From: Armatimonadota bacterium
GTDB lineage: Bacteria; Armatimonadota; UBA10988
DNA length: 19,338 nt
Assembly: GCA_016235455.1 (NCBI GenBank)
Contig: JACRKZ010000034.1
Location: 1-19,338, forward strand
Direction of reading: 5' to 3'
Shown: positions 1 through 8,075 of the stretch, one piece after another
Position numbering within the stretch: the first letter of the stretch is position 1
Layout: every line of letters begins with the position of its first letter
Notes under the pieces: generated by a model
Seen by the model: only the letters and a program-made list of their open reading frames with translations
Database searches by the model: none
Told to the model about the DNA's origin: nothing
Made by a program: the position numbers and the translations under genes

Positions 1-1830
1 GCGCGGGCCACATCGAGCGACACGGTCGCGGCCGTCGCGGGCGAGATCCAGAAGGACCTGGCTCAAGCGGTTGATGACTGGCGCATCTACACGGTCAGCG
101 GCGCCATCCGCGCGGCGGTCGAGGCCTCGAACAAGGAGTTCGCGGCCATGCCCAACGCCGAGGCCTACATCGACGCCCAGGACAAAGCGTGGTCCGAGAC
201 ACCCAAGGGTACGACCAGCGCCTTCATGAAAGCAATCTTCGAGAACTCAGTGTCGGCTGATATCAAGGCTCACCTGGACGCGGTGAAGAAGGCCAAGGGC
301 TACGCGGTGTTCGCCGAGGCGTTCGTCACCAACAAGCTCGGCGCCAACGTCGGTCAGAGCGATCGCACCTCCGACTACCGCCAGAGCGATGAGGGCTGGT
401 GGAAGGAGACCATGGCCAAGGGCTGGACCGTGGGCGATGTCGACTTCGACGACAGCGCCGGAGTGTTCAGCGCCGATGTCGCCGTGGCCGTGACCGATGC
501 TCAGGGGCAGGCCATCGGTGCCACCAAGGCGCCGTTCGACATCGCCGGCTGCTTTGGCGTGCTCAAGCGCGCGGCTGGCGCGACGGACACCAAGGATGGC
601 AAGCCGGCCGCGACTGACAAGATGCTCTACCTGCTCTCCAAGGACGGCAAGCTCATCGCCACCTCGCAGGGCCCGATGAAGCTGGAGGATGGCAAGGCGC
701 TGCTCAGCGGAGTGACGCCGGAGTCGCTGGCTGCCGGGAAGGCTGTTGAGTTCCGGCGCCGTGACGCCAAGCGCGGCAAGCTCATGTGCACTGCCATTCA
801 GGTCAAGGGCGGCGAGAACGAGCCATCGATGGGCTGGGTGGTCGTCAGCGAGCGACCGCTGAGCGCCGTCATGGGCGACATCATTCGCTTGCGCCGGATC
901 ATCCTGCTGGTCTGCCTGCTGGTGACCGGAGTGGCCATCACGCTGGCCTTCAAGATGGCCGGTCGCATCGCAGGACCCATCCAGGCCACGATCGTCAGCC
1001 TGACGGAGACGTCGCACGGCATCGCCGACGCCTCCGACCAGGTGGCGTCGGCCAGTCATGACTTGTCCGAAGCGGCGTCGTCGTCGGCCTCGACCATCGA
1101 GGAGATCGCCGCATCGTTGGAAGAGATCACGGCCATGGCCTCCAAGGTGGCCGAAAGCTCGTCGCTGGCGGCCGATATGTCGGGCCGAACGCGCCACGAC
1201 GCGGAGCAGGGCAACGACGTCATGGGCCGCATGGCCGAGGCCATCGAGCGCATCAAGGGCTCGTCGGAGGAGACGGCGCGCATCGTCAAGACGATTGACG
1301 AGATTGCCTTCCAGACCAATCTGCTGGCGCTCAACGCCGCTGTGGAGGCGGCGCGGGCTGGTGACGCTGGCAAGGGCTTCGCCGTCGTGGCCGAAGAGGT
1401 GCGCAACCTGGCCCAGCGCAGCGCCGAGGCGGCCAAGAACACGACCGCTCTGATCGAGGAGGCCAAGAGCAACGCCGACCGCGGCGTGCAGGTGTCCACC
1501 GAGGTGGCCTCGCTGCTCAGCCGCATCGTTGACGGCGTTCAGAAGGTCGGGGTGCTCATCGCCGACATCGCCGCCGGCAGCCGTGAGCAGGCGACGGGGA
1601 TCAACCAGATCAACAAGGCGGTCAATGTGCTCGACCACTCGACGCAATTGACGGCGGCCAACGCCACCAACGCCGCCGACGCCAGTGGTGCGCTGGCTGG
1701 TCAGGCCGGTCAGCTGGACCTGGCGGTGGACGAGCTCACCGCGGTGGTGGGCGGCCGCGGTGACGCGGCGCCACGGCCCGCCATCGGCTACCGCTCGCCG
1801 TCGGGCTCCGATCTGATCCCGCTGGGCTAG
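1..1830 (+). CDS. Methyl-accepting chemotaxis protein with an extracytoplasmic Cache/PDC-like sensor domain (5' end outside window)
   Basis: Frame is open from base 1 ([20 protein letters not shown]...), so ATG148 is probably internal. Contains the MCP hairpin-tip signature [45 protein letters not shown]2 [18 protein letters not shown] and a Cache-like segment [11 protein letters not shown]...[10 protein letters not shown]. Confidence 0.93.
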   Translation, partial: ARATSSDTVAAVAGEIQKDLAQAVDDWRIYTVSGAIRAAVEASNKEFAAMPNAEAYIDAQDKAWSETPKGTTSAFMKAIFENSVSADIKAHLDAVKKAKGYAVFAEAFVTNKLGANVGQSDRTSDYRQSDEGWWKETMAKGWTVGDVDFDDSAGVFSADVAVAVTDAQGQAIGATKAPFDIAGCFGVLKRAAGATDTKDGKPAATDKMLYLLSKDGKLIATSQGPMKLEDGKALLSGVTPESLAAGKAVEFRRRDAKRGKLMCTAIQVKGGENEPSMGWVVVSERPLSAVMGDIIRLRRIILLVCLLVTGVAITLAFKMAGRIAGPIQATIVSLTETSHGIADASDQVASASHDLSEAASSSASTIEEIAASLEEITAMASKVAESSSLAADMSGRTRHDAEQGNDVMGRMAEAIERIKGSSEETARIVKTIDEIAFQTNLLALNAAVEAARAGDAGKGFAVVAEEVRNLAQRSAEAAKNTTALIEEAKSNADRGVQVSTEVASLLSRIVDGVQKVGVLIADIAAGSREQATGINQINKAVNVLDHSTQLTAANATNAADASGALAGQAGQLDLAVDELTAVVGGRGDAAPRPAIGYRSPSGSDLIPLG

Positions 1831-1852
1831 CACCCAGCCCCCCAGCAGGCAC

Positions 1853-1898
1853 CCGCGCTGACGGGCGCTGGGCTTCGGCCCGGCGCCCGTCGCGGTTT
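1853..1898. terminator. Hairpin between convergent genes, probable terminator
   Basis: 14-bp stem GACGGGCGCTGGGC (1860-1873) / GCCCGGCGCCCGTC (1878-1891) with one G-U pair and a C-UUCG-G tetraloop. Extendable by CCGC/GCGG and followed by a short TTT on +. Confidence 0.65.
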
Positions 1899-1908
1899 GC
1901 CGCGTGGT

Positions 1909-3423
1909 TCAGCCGTCGCTGCTCAGGTACAAGCCCAGGCGCTGCTCGGTCCAGTAGCGAATCGGCTGGCCGCGCCACCGTGCCGCCACGTTAGCCACTC
2001 CGGCGACGGCCAGGCCGGCGCGCATCCGCTCGGGGCCGCTCCAATGACCTACGGCGCGAGCCAGTTGCGCCACACCCAGGTATTCACGTTCCACGGTGGT
2101 GGCGTGGCCCTGCATCGCCGGCCAGGCGTCACCAATCCAGACGCGTGCCCGGTCCAGCCATTGGCGCGTGGCGCGCTGCGCGCAGGCCAGCGCCACGGCA
2201 TGGCCAGGCCGGTCGGCGTGGTCGGCGCTGAGCTGGTCGTGCGTGAAGCGGCCCGCCGGCGGCACGACTCCATGGCCCGCGGCGGTGTGCAGGTCCAGCC
2301 CGGCCAGCACGTCCGCGGGCACCTCGTCCCAGGTCGGATGGACCAGGCCGTGGGCGGCCCAGTCGATCTGTGGCCAGTTGCTGTGACTGTAGAAGTCGTG
2401 CACCGCGTGGAGCGTGGCGCCCAGCGCCGCCAGGCGCCAGCCAGCGCTGCCCCGGCCGAGCGCTGAGCGTGCGCGCCGCTCGAGCAGCGCGAAGCACTCG
2501 GCCACCGCGCGCGTATCGAACCGGCTGCCGAAGTGCAGCAGTTCAGCACTGGGCGCGATGGGCACGCGGTGGCCGAGTGGCCCGAGCCACGGCTGGTAGT
2601 GGCCGACGATGTCGCTGGCGAACAGGTCGACCGCCATACAGGCGAACGCCGCGGCCCGAGCCGCCGAGGACCCGAAGCCCGCCCGACGTAGCGCGGGCAG
2701 GCAGAGGGTCTCGGCGTGGACCGCGGCGTCCAGCACGTCCTCGCAGTCCTCGAGGGCGTCGATGAGCCGGAAGATGCCCTTGCACTGGCTCTCGTCGAGC
2801 TTGATGAAGTGCTGCGGCACGCGCTCGACGCGGATGTCGGAGGCGACGATGCCGGCGGCGGCCAGCGCCTGCGACACAGCGTGGAGCGACTCCACGCTGC
2901 AGCGCACCTGGAAGGTCTCGCCTTCGTTGATCAGGTCGTCAGCGCCGACTTCCAGCGCGACGTCCATGAGGTCATCCTCGCTGCGGCCGGCGGGATCAAA
3001 CTCCACGATGCCCAGCGTCTGGAACTGATAGCCCACGCAGCCGCTCTCGCCCAGGCTGCCGCCATACTTGTTAAAGGCGGCGCGGATCTCGCCGACGGTG
3101 CGGTTGCGATTGTCGGTGACGGTGTCGATCATGACCGCTACGCCATGCGGGCCGTAACCTTCGTAGACGACATCCTCGCTGTTGTCCGCTTCGCCTTCGC
3201 CGGCGCCCTTGCTGACGGCGCGGGCGATGTTGTCGTTCGGCATGCCGTCGCCCTTGGCGCGCTGGATGCACAGGCGGAGCCGCGGGTTCATGTTGGGGTC
3301 ACTGCCGCCCATCTTCGCGGCGACCATGATTTCGCGCGCGTGGCGGCTGAAGATCTTGCCGCGGGCTGCGTCTTTCGCGCCCTTCGCCCGCTTGATGGTC
3401 GCCCATTTGCTATGCCCGGACAT
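1909..3423 (-). CDS. yebC: YebC/PmpR/TACO1-family protein fused to a C-terminal Het-C/VWA7-N-like putative zinc hydrolase domain (504 aa)
   Basis: Starts MSGHSKWATIKRAKGAKDAARGKIFS after a GGAG SD. YebC motifs NPRLR, YEGYGPHGVA, TDNRNRT, GGSLGESGCV and LEDCEDV are present. With no stop, the frame continues ~275 aa containing LHAVHDFYSHSNW. The ORF-track start at 3567 is upstream of the real start. Confidence 0.88.
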   Translation of the reverse strand: MSGHSKWATIKRAKGAKDAARGKIFSRHAREIMVAAKMGGSDPNMNPRLRLCIQRAKGDGMPNDNIARAVSKGAGEGEADNSEDVVYEGYGPHGVAVMIDTVTDNRNRTVGEIRAAFNKYGGSLGESGCVGYQFQTLGIVEFDPAGRSEDDLMDVALEVGADDLINEGETFQVRCSVESLHAVSQALAAAGIVASDIRVERVPQHFIKLDESQCKGIFRLIDALEDCEDVLDAAVHAETLCLPALRRAGFGSSAARAAAFACMAVDLFASDIVGHYQPWLGPLGHRVPIAPSAELLHFGSRFDTRAVAECFALLERRARSALGRGSAGWRLAALGATLHAVHDFYSHSNWPQIDWAAHGLVHPTWDEVPADVLAGLDLHTAAGHGVVPPAGRFTHDQLSADHADRPGHAVALACAQRATRQWLDRARVWIGDAWPAMQGHATTVEREYLGVAQLARAVGHWSGPERMRAGLAVAGVANVAARWRGQPIRYWTEQRLGLYLSSDG

Positions 3424-3506
3424 GCTCTGCTCCTGGCCTCCGGGACCCGCTGGAACCCTCGCGGGCCAGCCTGAGTGGATGGAGTGCGCAGGCTGGAGGC
3501 GGACCC

Positions 3507-3536
3507 ATTCTAGGTGCGCCCGTTCCTTCCTGTCAA
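3507..3536 (-). promoter_or_regulatory. Sigma70-type promoter for the yebC fusion
   Basis: Minus strand reads TTGACA-18 bp-TAGAAT, with the -10 about 85 bp upstream of ATG3423. Confidence 0.75.
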
Positions 3537-3547
3537 GCCGAGCGGCG

Positions 3548-3577
3548 TTGGCCGCGCGCGCGCTCACGGTGTATCAT
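3548..3577 (+). promoter_or_regulatory. Possible promoter for the MoxR gene (very short leader)
   Basis: TTGGCC-18 bp-TATCAT ending 13 nt before ATG3591. No SD present. Confidence 0.45.
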
Positions 3578-3590
3578 CGAGCCCAACACC

Positions 3591-4478
3591 ATGCCCACAC
3601 CCACCCCACGACCCAAGCCCGTCGACCTGGCCAGCGCCGGCTATCTGGCCGATGCTGCCACCCTGGTCAGCGTCCAGTTGATGCAAGCCCTGGGCAAACC
3701 CCTGCTCGTTGAAGGTCCGCCTGGCGTCGGCAAGACGGAACTGGCCAAGGCCGTCGCCACGGCGTGCGACCGCCGGCTGGTGCGCCTGCAGTGCTACGAA
3801 GGGCTCGACGAGGCGCGGGCGCTGTATGAATGGGACTACGGCAAGCAACTGCTGACGTCGACGCTGGTGCGCGAGCAGGTGGGCGACCTGTTGGCCGGCG
3901 CAGCCACGCTGCGTGAGGCCGTGGACCGGCTGGCCCGCGAGGAATCCGCCTTCTTCAGTCGGCAGTTCCTGCTGCCGCGTCCCTTGTTGACCGCACTGAC
4001 CAGTCACCAGCCCACGGTATTGCTGATCGACGAAATCGACCGCGCGGACGAGGCCTTCGAGGCCTTCCTGCTGGAACTGCTGAGCGACTTCCAGGTGTCC
4101 ATCCCCGAATTGGGCACGGTGACTGCAGTGCACCAGCCGCTGGTGCTGCTGACCAGCAACGGCACGCGCCCGCTGGCCGATGCGCTGCGGCGGCGCTGTC
4201 TGTACCTCTACCTGGACTACCCCGACGCGGCGCGCGAGTTGGCCATCGTGCGGCTGCGCGTGCCGGGGCTGGACGAGGAACTGGCGGCCGAAGCCGTGCG
4301 TCACGTGCAGCGGCTGCGCGGCCGCGGGCTGCGTAAACCGCCGAGCATCTCCGAGACGCTCGACTGGGCGCTGGCGCTGGTAGTGCTCAACGCGCAAAGG
4401 CTTGACAAGGCGGTTCTGGAGGCCACACTGGGAGTGCTGCTCAAGGAGCACGAGGACCTGCGCGCCGTGGGTGGATGA
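3591..4478 (+). CDS. MoxR-family AAA+ ATPase, CoxD-like
   Basis: Walker A GPPGVGKT, CoxD-type RLQCYEGLD...LYEWDY, Walker B LLIDEID, sensor TSN, arginine finger ALRRRC and C-terminal RKPPSISETLDW. Confidence 0.9.
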   Translation: MPTPTPRPKPVDLASAGYLADAATLVSVQLMQALGKPLLVEGPPGVGKTELAKAVATACDRRLVRLQCYEGLDEARALYEWDYGKQLLTSTLVREQVGDLLAGAATLREAVDRLAREESAFFSRQFLLPRPLLTALTSHQPTVLLIDEIDRADEAFEAFLLELLSDFQVSIPELGTVTAVHQPLVLLTSNGTRPLADALRRRCLYLYLDYPDAARELAIVRLRVPGLDEELAAEAVRHVQRLRGRGLRKPPSISETLDWALALVVLNAQRLDKAVLEATLGVLLKEHEDLRAVGG

Positions 4479-4486
4479 GGCGCGGA

Positions 4487-4495
4487 TGGTATGAT
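4487..4495 (+). promoter_or_regulatory. Extended -10 element upstream of the aldo/keto reductase
   Basis: TG-G-TATGAT in the intergenic gap, ~100 bp before ATG4597. Confidence 0.45.
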
Positions 4496-4596
4496 GTGGC
4501 GCGTGCGAGCGCTGTGCACGATGGGGCTGACGTGCCAAGCCGTGACGATGACTTGGCGCGCGGCACATTCCGAGACCGATAGGCAGTATCCGAACC

Positions 4597-5781
4597 ATGA
4601 TCTACCGACGCTTTGGTCGTACCGAACTCGCCATGCCCGTGATCACCTGCGGCGGCATGCGCTACCAGCAGTCCTGGCAGGACGTTGAGTTGGCCGAGGT
4701 CGAGGCCGCCAACCAGGCCAACCTCGAAGCCTGCATCCGCGCCGCCTTGGCGGCCGGCATCAACCATATCGAGACCGCGCGCGGCTACGGCAGCTCCGAG
4801 CGTCAGCTCGGCCAGATCCTGCCCTCGCTGCCGCGCGACGAGATGATCGTCCAGACCAAAGTAGGCCCCGCCGACACCGGCGAAGGCTTTCTGGCCGGCT
4901 TCAACACGTCGATGGAGCGGCTCCAGTTGGACCACGTCGATCTGCTGGCCATTCACGGGCTGAACAACCGTGAGGTGCTGGAGATGGCCATCAAGCCCGG
5001 CGGCAGCCTGGATATGGCCGAGGAGCTCAAGCGCCAAGGTCGTTGCCGGCACATCGGCTTCTCCACACACGGCCCGACGGACGTCATCGTCGATGGCATC
5101 GAGACCGGCCGCTTCGACTACGTCAACCTGCACTGGTACTGGTCCGACCAGGCCAACGCCGCGGCCATCGAAGCCGCCACCCGCCACGACATGGGCGTGT
5201 TCATCATCAGCCCCAACGACAAAGGCGGCCAGCTCTACCGGCCGAGCGACAAGCTCGTCGAGTTGTGCGCGCCGCTGGCTCCGATGGTCTTCAATGACCT
5301 CTTCTGCCTGCGTGACGAGCGGGTCCACACCATCAGCATCGGCGCCGCGCGGCCGAGCGACTTCGACCCGGCCATCGAGGCCGCCAACCTGCTGCCGCGC
5401 GTCGAGGAACTGCTGCCGCCGATCCTGGCGCGCCTGGACCAGGCGGGCGTGGCGGCGTTGGGCGAGGACTGGATGGCGGGCTGGTTCCGGGGCCTGCCCA
5501 GCACCGACCAGGTGCCCGGTGTCATCAACCTGTACCAGGTGCTGCGGCTCTACACGCTGGCCAAGGCCTACGACATGGTTGAGTTTGCCCGCGCCCGGCA
5601 CGGTCTGTTCGGGCACGGCGGCCACTGGTTCTACGGCAATCAGGTCGACAAGCTCGACATCGACGCTCTGCCCGCACTACTGACCGACTGCCCGGTCGCG
5701 GACCGCGTCCCCGCGGCGCTGGTCGAGGCGCGCGAGCTACTCGTCGGCGAGCAGCACAAGCGCCTGAGCGAGGGCGGTTAG
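4597..5781 (+). CDS. Aldo/keto reductase (COG1453-like) with a degenerate C-terminal Fe-S region
   Basis: MIYRRFGRTEL start, ETARGYG (catalytic Tyr), QTK, SMERLQLDHVDLLAIH and HIGFSTHG. Confidence 0.88.
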   Translation: MIYRRFGRTELAMPVITCGGMRYQQSWQDVELAEVEAANQANLEACIRAALAAGINHIETARGYGSSERQLGQILPSLPRDEMIVQTKVGPADTGEGFLAGFNTSMERLQLDHVDLLAIHGLNNREVLEMAIKPGGSLDMAEELKRQGRCRHIGFSTHGPTDVIVDGIETGRFDYVNLHWYWSDQANAAAIEAATRHDMGVFIISPNDKGGQLYRPSDKLVELCAPLAPMVFNDLFCLRDERVHTISIGAARPSDFDPAIEAANLLPRVEELLPPILARLDQAGVAALGEDWMAGWFRGLPSTDQVPGVINLYQVLRLYTLAKAYDMVEFARARHGLFGHGGHWFYGNQVDKLDIDALPALLTDCPVADRVPAALVEARELLVGEQHKRLSEGG

Positions 5782-6608
5782 TCGAACGGCATGAGCCGGG
5801 CGTCAGCCATGTCTCGGTTGGTGTCCACGTAGAACAGGAACTTGAGCCAGTAGCTGTCACCGCCCTTGCTGGGATGCAGACCGTAGCGGTGCTTCTTGCC
5901 ATCCACGGGAATGAGCGCGGTGAACTCGACCGTCTGGCCAACCTTGGGCTTGAGCGTTTCGTAGACGTCATCGTCGAGTCCGACGTAGACCGCCGGGACG
6001 GCCGCCAGGAGCTTGGCCTTGCCGCCGAGCTCCCAGGCGCCCTCCTTGGCCAGCAGGTACGGCTCGGTGACATCCCAGTAGCGCCGCCCGAAAACCTGCG
6101 TGCCATAGGCCTTGCCGCCGCTGACCGACACGCCGATGCCCGTCTCGGTGTAGTCGGTGCTGAGGATGTTGGCGCGATGGCCGGGCGAGTTCATCCAGCC
6201 GTTGGCGCCATTGACCATGACTTCGGCCAGCTTGCTCAGATCGGCATCGGCGGTGCTGGTGTAGATGATGACGTTCTCGCCCACATAGGCTTCCCAGTAG
6301 CCCGCGCGGTAGGCGCGGTCCGCGGGGTTCTTCCAGCCAGCGTGAGGCGATTCATGTGCGAAGTACTGCTCGCGCAGCATCTCGGCGCTGTGCTGGCGCG
6401 CGGCGGTGCGCAGCTGGTCCACGACTTCCAACGGCTTGAGCTTGGCCTTGGCACGGTGACCGTTGATCAACTCAAGGATAGACTGTTCGACCGCTGCCTC
6501 TCCGGCGAACTCGCCGCTGGACCACCACGGCTTGATTGGCACGCGGTCGGCGGCCTGAGCCGCAACGCCGACCAGCAGAACCAGCGCGAACATCGAATAC
6601 CGCCGCAT
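5778..6608 (-). CDS. Secreted CAP (SCP/YkwD-like) domain protein with an extra C-terminal beta-rich domain (276 aa)
   Basis: Signal peptide MRRYSMFALVLLVGVAAQA after a GAGGA SD. CAP motifs INGHR, AARQHSAEM...YFAH, GENV and WMNSPGHRANIL...GIGV. Stop codon overlaps the convergent AKR stop by 4 bp. Confidence 0.88.
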   Translation of the reverse strand: MRRYSMFALVLLVGVAAQAADRVPIKPWWSSGEFAGEAAVEQSILELINGHRAKAKLKPLEVVDQLRTAARQHSAEMLREQYFAHESPHAGWKNPADRAYRAGYWEAYVGENVIIYTSTADADLSKLAEVMVNGANGWMNSPGHRANILSTDYTETGIGVSVSGGKAYGTQVFGRRYWDVTEPYLLAKEGAWELGGKAKLLAAVPAVYVGLDDDVYETLKPKVGQTVEFTALIPVDGKKHRYGLHPSKGGDSYWLKFLFYVDTNRDMADARLMPFD

Positions 6609-6645
6609 CTGCTTATCCTCTGGGCTCGACCACGCGTCGCGATGG

Positions 6646-6673
6646 TTGACCAGCGCGCGACCCATGGTACCCT
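6646..6673 (+). promoter_or_regulatory. Possible promoter for aspartate kinase
   Basis: TTGACC-16 bp-TACCCT with a TG extension (TGG TACCCT). AGGAG SD lies before ATG6706. Confidence 0.45.
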
Positions 6674-6705
6674 AACTCGCCAGTATAGACGACCAGGAGC
6701 GTCCA

Positions 6706-8022
6706 ATGGAGCGGGTTGTTGCCAAGTTCGGCGGTACGTCGGTAGCGGATGCCGGTCAGGTCAGGCGGACCATGGCCCTCGTGCAGGCCGACCCCAGGCG
6801 CCGGGTCGTCGTGGTCTCCGCACCGGGCAAACGCGACAAGACCGACAAGAAGGTCACCGACCTGCTCTTCCTCAGCCATCATCTGGCCACCGGCGAGGTG
6901 AGCTTCAATGAGCCTTACAGCATCATCGCCGAGCGCTTCAAGACGCTGGCCGCCGACCTCGGCGTGCCCGGCGCCGCCGACGAGGCGCTGGCCGAGCTGC
7001 ACGCCGGCCTGACACGCGGCGAAAGCCGCGACTGGGTGGCCAGCCGCGGAGAGCACATCTCGGCCCGCGTCATTGCCACCGCCATGGGCGCTGTGTTCGT
7101 GGAGACCGGCGACCTGCTGGGCATCGATGCCCACGGCCGGCCGACCGCCGAGTCGTACCCCAAGCTGGCCGCGGCGCTCACGGGCGATGGGCTGTTCGTC
7201 GTGCCGGGCTACTACGGCCACGGCCCCAACGGCCGCGTCAAGGTCTTCAGCCGCGGCGGCAGCGACATCACCGGCTCGGTCATGGCCCGCGCCATCGGCG
7301 CGGCGCTCTATGAGAACTGGACCGACGTCAGCGGGTTCATGATGGCCGATCCCCGCATCGTGCCCCAGGCCCGGTCGATGAGCGAAGTGACCTACAGCGA
7401 GCTGCGAGAGTTGGCCTACATGGGCGCCTCGGTGTTGCACGACGAAGCCATCTTCCCGGTGCGCGAGGCCGGCATCCCGATCCACATCAAGAACACCAAC
7501 GCGCCCGACGACCCAGGCACGCTCATTCTGCCCACGCGCGACCTGGCTGGCACCCCGGTGGTGGGCGTCGCCGGTCGCCGCGATTTCACCGTCATCCACA
7601 TCTCCAAGGCGATGATGAACAAGGAACTGGGCGTCGGCCGCCGCGTGCTGGGCGTGCTGGAGACCCAAGGCGTCAACTTCGAGCACATGCCTTCGGGCAT
7701 CGACACCATGTCGGTGGTCGTGGCCACGGAGGAGCTGCAAGACAAGCTCGACGACGTGATCGAAGAGATCAAGCGCGTCATCCAGCCCGACGACGTTCAG
7801 GTCTTTGACGACCTGGCGCTCATCACCACCGTAGGGCTGGGCATGGCGCATCAGGTTGGCATCGCCGGCCGCTGCTTTGGCGCACTGGCCCAACACGGCA
7901 TCAACGTGCGCATGATCTCACAGGGCATGGCCGAGTTGAACATCATCGTCGGCGTGCAGCGCGACGATTTCGAAGAGGCCGTGCGCGCGCTCTATGAGGC
8001 ATTCGTGGTCGACCTGAGCTAA
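6706..8022 (+). CDS. lysC: Aspartate kinase (kinase domain plus two ACT domains)
   Basis: KFGGTSV, VVVVSAPGK, SRGE, FSRGGSDITG, WTDVSG...DPRIV, ELAYMGASVLH, and C-terminal ACT repeats (VGLGM...INVRMISQG). Confidence 0.93.
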   Translation: MERVVAKFGGTSVADAGQVRRTMALVQADPRRRVVVVSAPGKRDKTDKKVTDLLFLSHHLATGEVSFNEPYSIIAERFKTLAADLGVPGAADEALAELHAGLTRGESRDWVASRGEHISARVIATAMGAVFVETGDLLGIDAHGRPTAESYPKLAAALTGDGLFVVPGYYGHGPNGRVKVFSRGGSDITGSVMARAIGAALYENWTDVSGFMMADPRIVPQARSMSEVTYSELRELAYMGASVLHDEAIFPVREAGIPIHIKNTNAPDDPGTLILPTRDLAGTPVVGVAGRRDFTVIHISKAMMNKELGVGRRVLGVLETQGVNFEHMPSGIDTMSVVVATEELQDKLDDVIEEIKRVIQPDDVQVFDDLALITTVGLGMAHQVGIAGRCFGALAQHGINVRMISQGMAELNIIVGVQRDDFEEAVRALYEAFVVDLS

Positions 8023-8075
8023 GCGGAGGAGATGCGCTGGCCCCGGCGAATGCCCGCTGCCTGGGAGCGATGATC

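Noticed and set aside
3424-3567. N-terminal extension of the YebC ORF
   Set aside because: It spans the promoter. The conserved MSGHSKW start with an SD is at 3423.
3591-4478. CO dehydrogenase (cox) cluster or AAA-based defence system
   Set aside because: No coxMSL/E/F/G genes, nuclease partner or other defence genes are adjacent.
4491-4688. Small ORF or leader peptide and GCCAAG/CTTGGC hairpin before the first aldo/keto reductase
   Set aside because: No SD, the start lies inside the putative -10, it overlaps the AKR out of frame, and the stem is short for this GC content.
6609-6705. Lysine riboswitch upstream of aspartate kinase
   Set aside because: The intergenic gap is under 100 bp and lacks the multi-stem architecture and conserved motifs.
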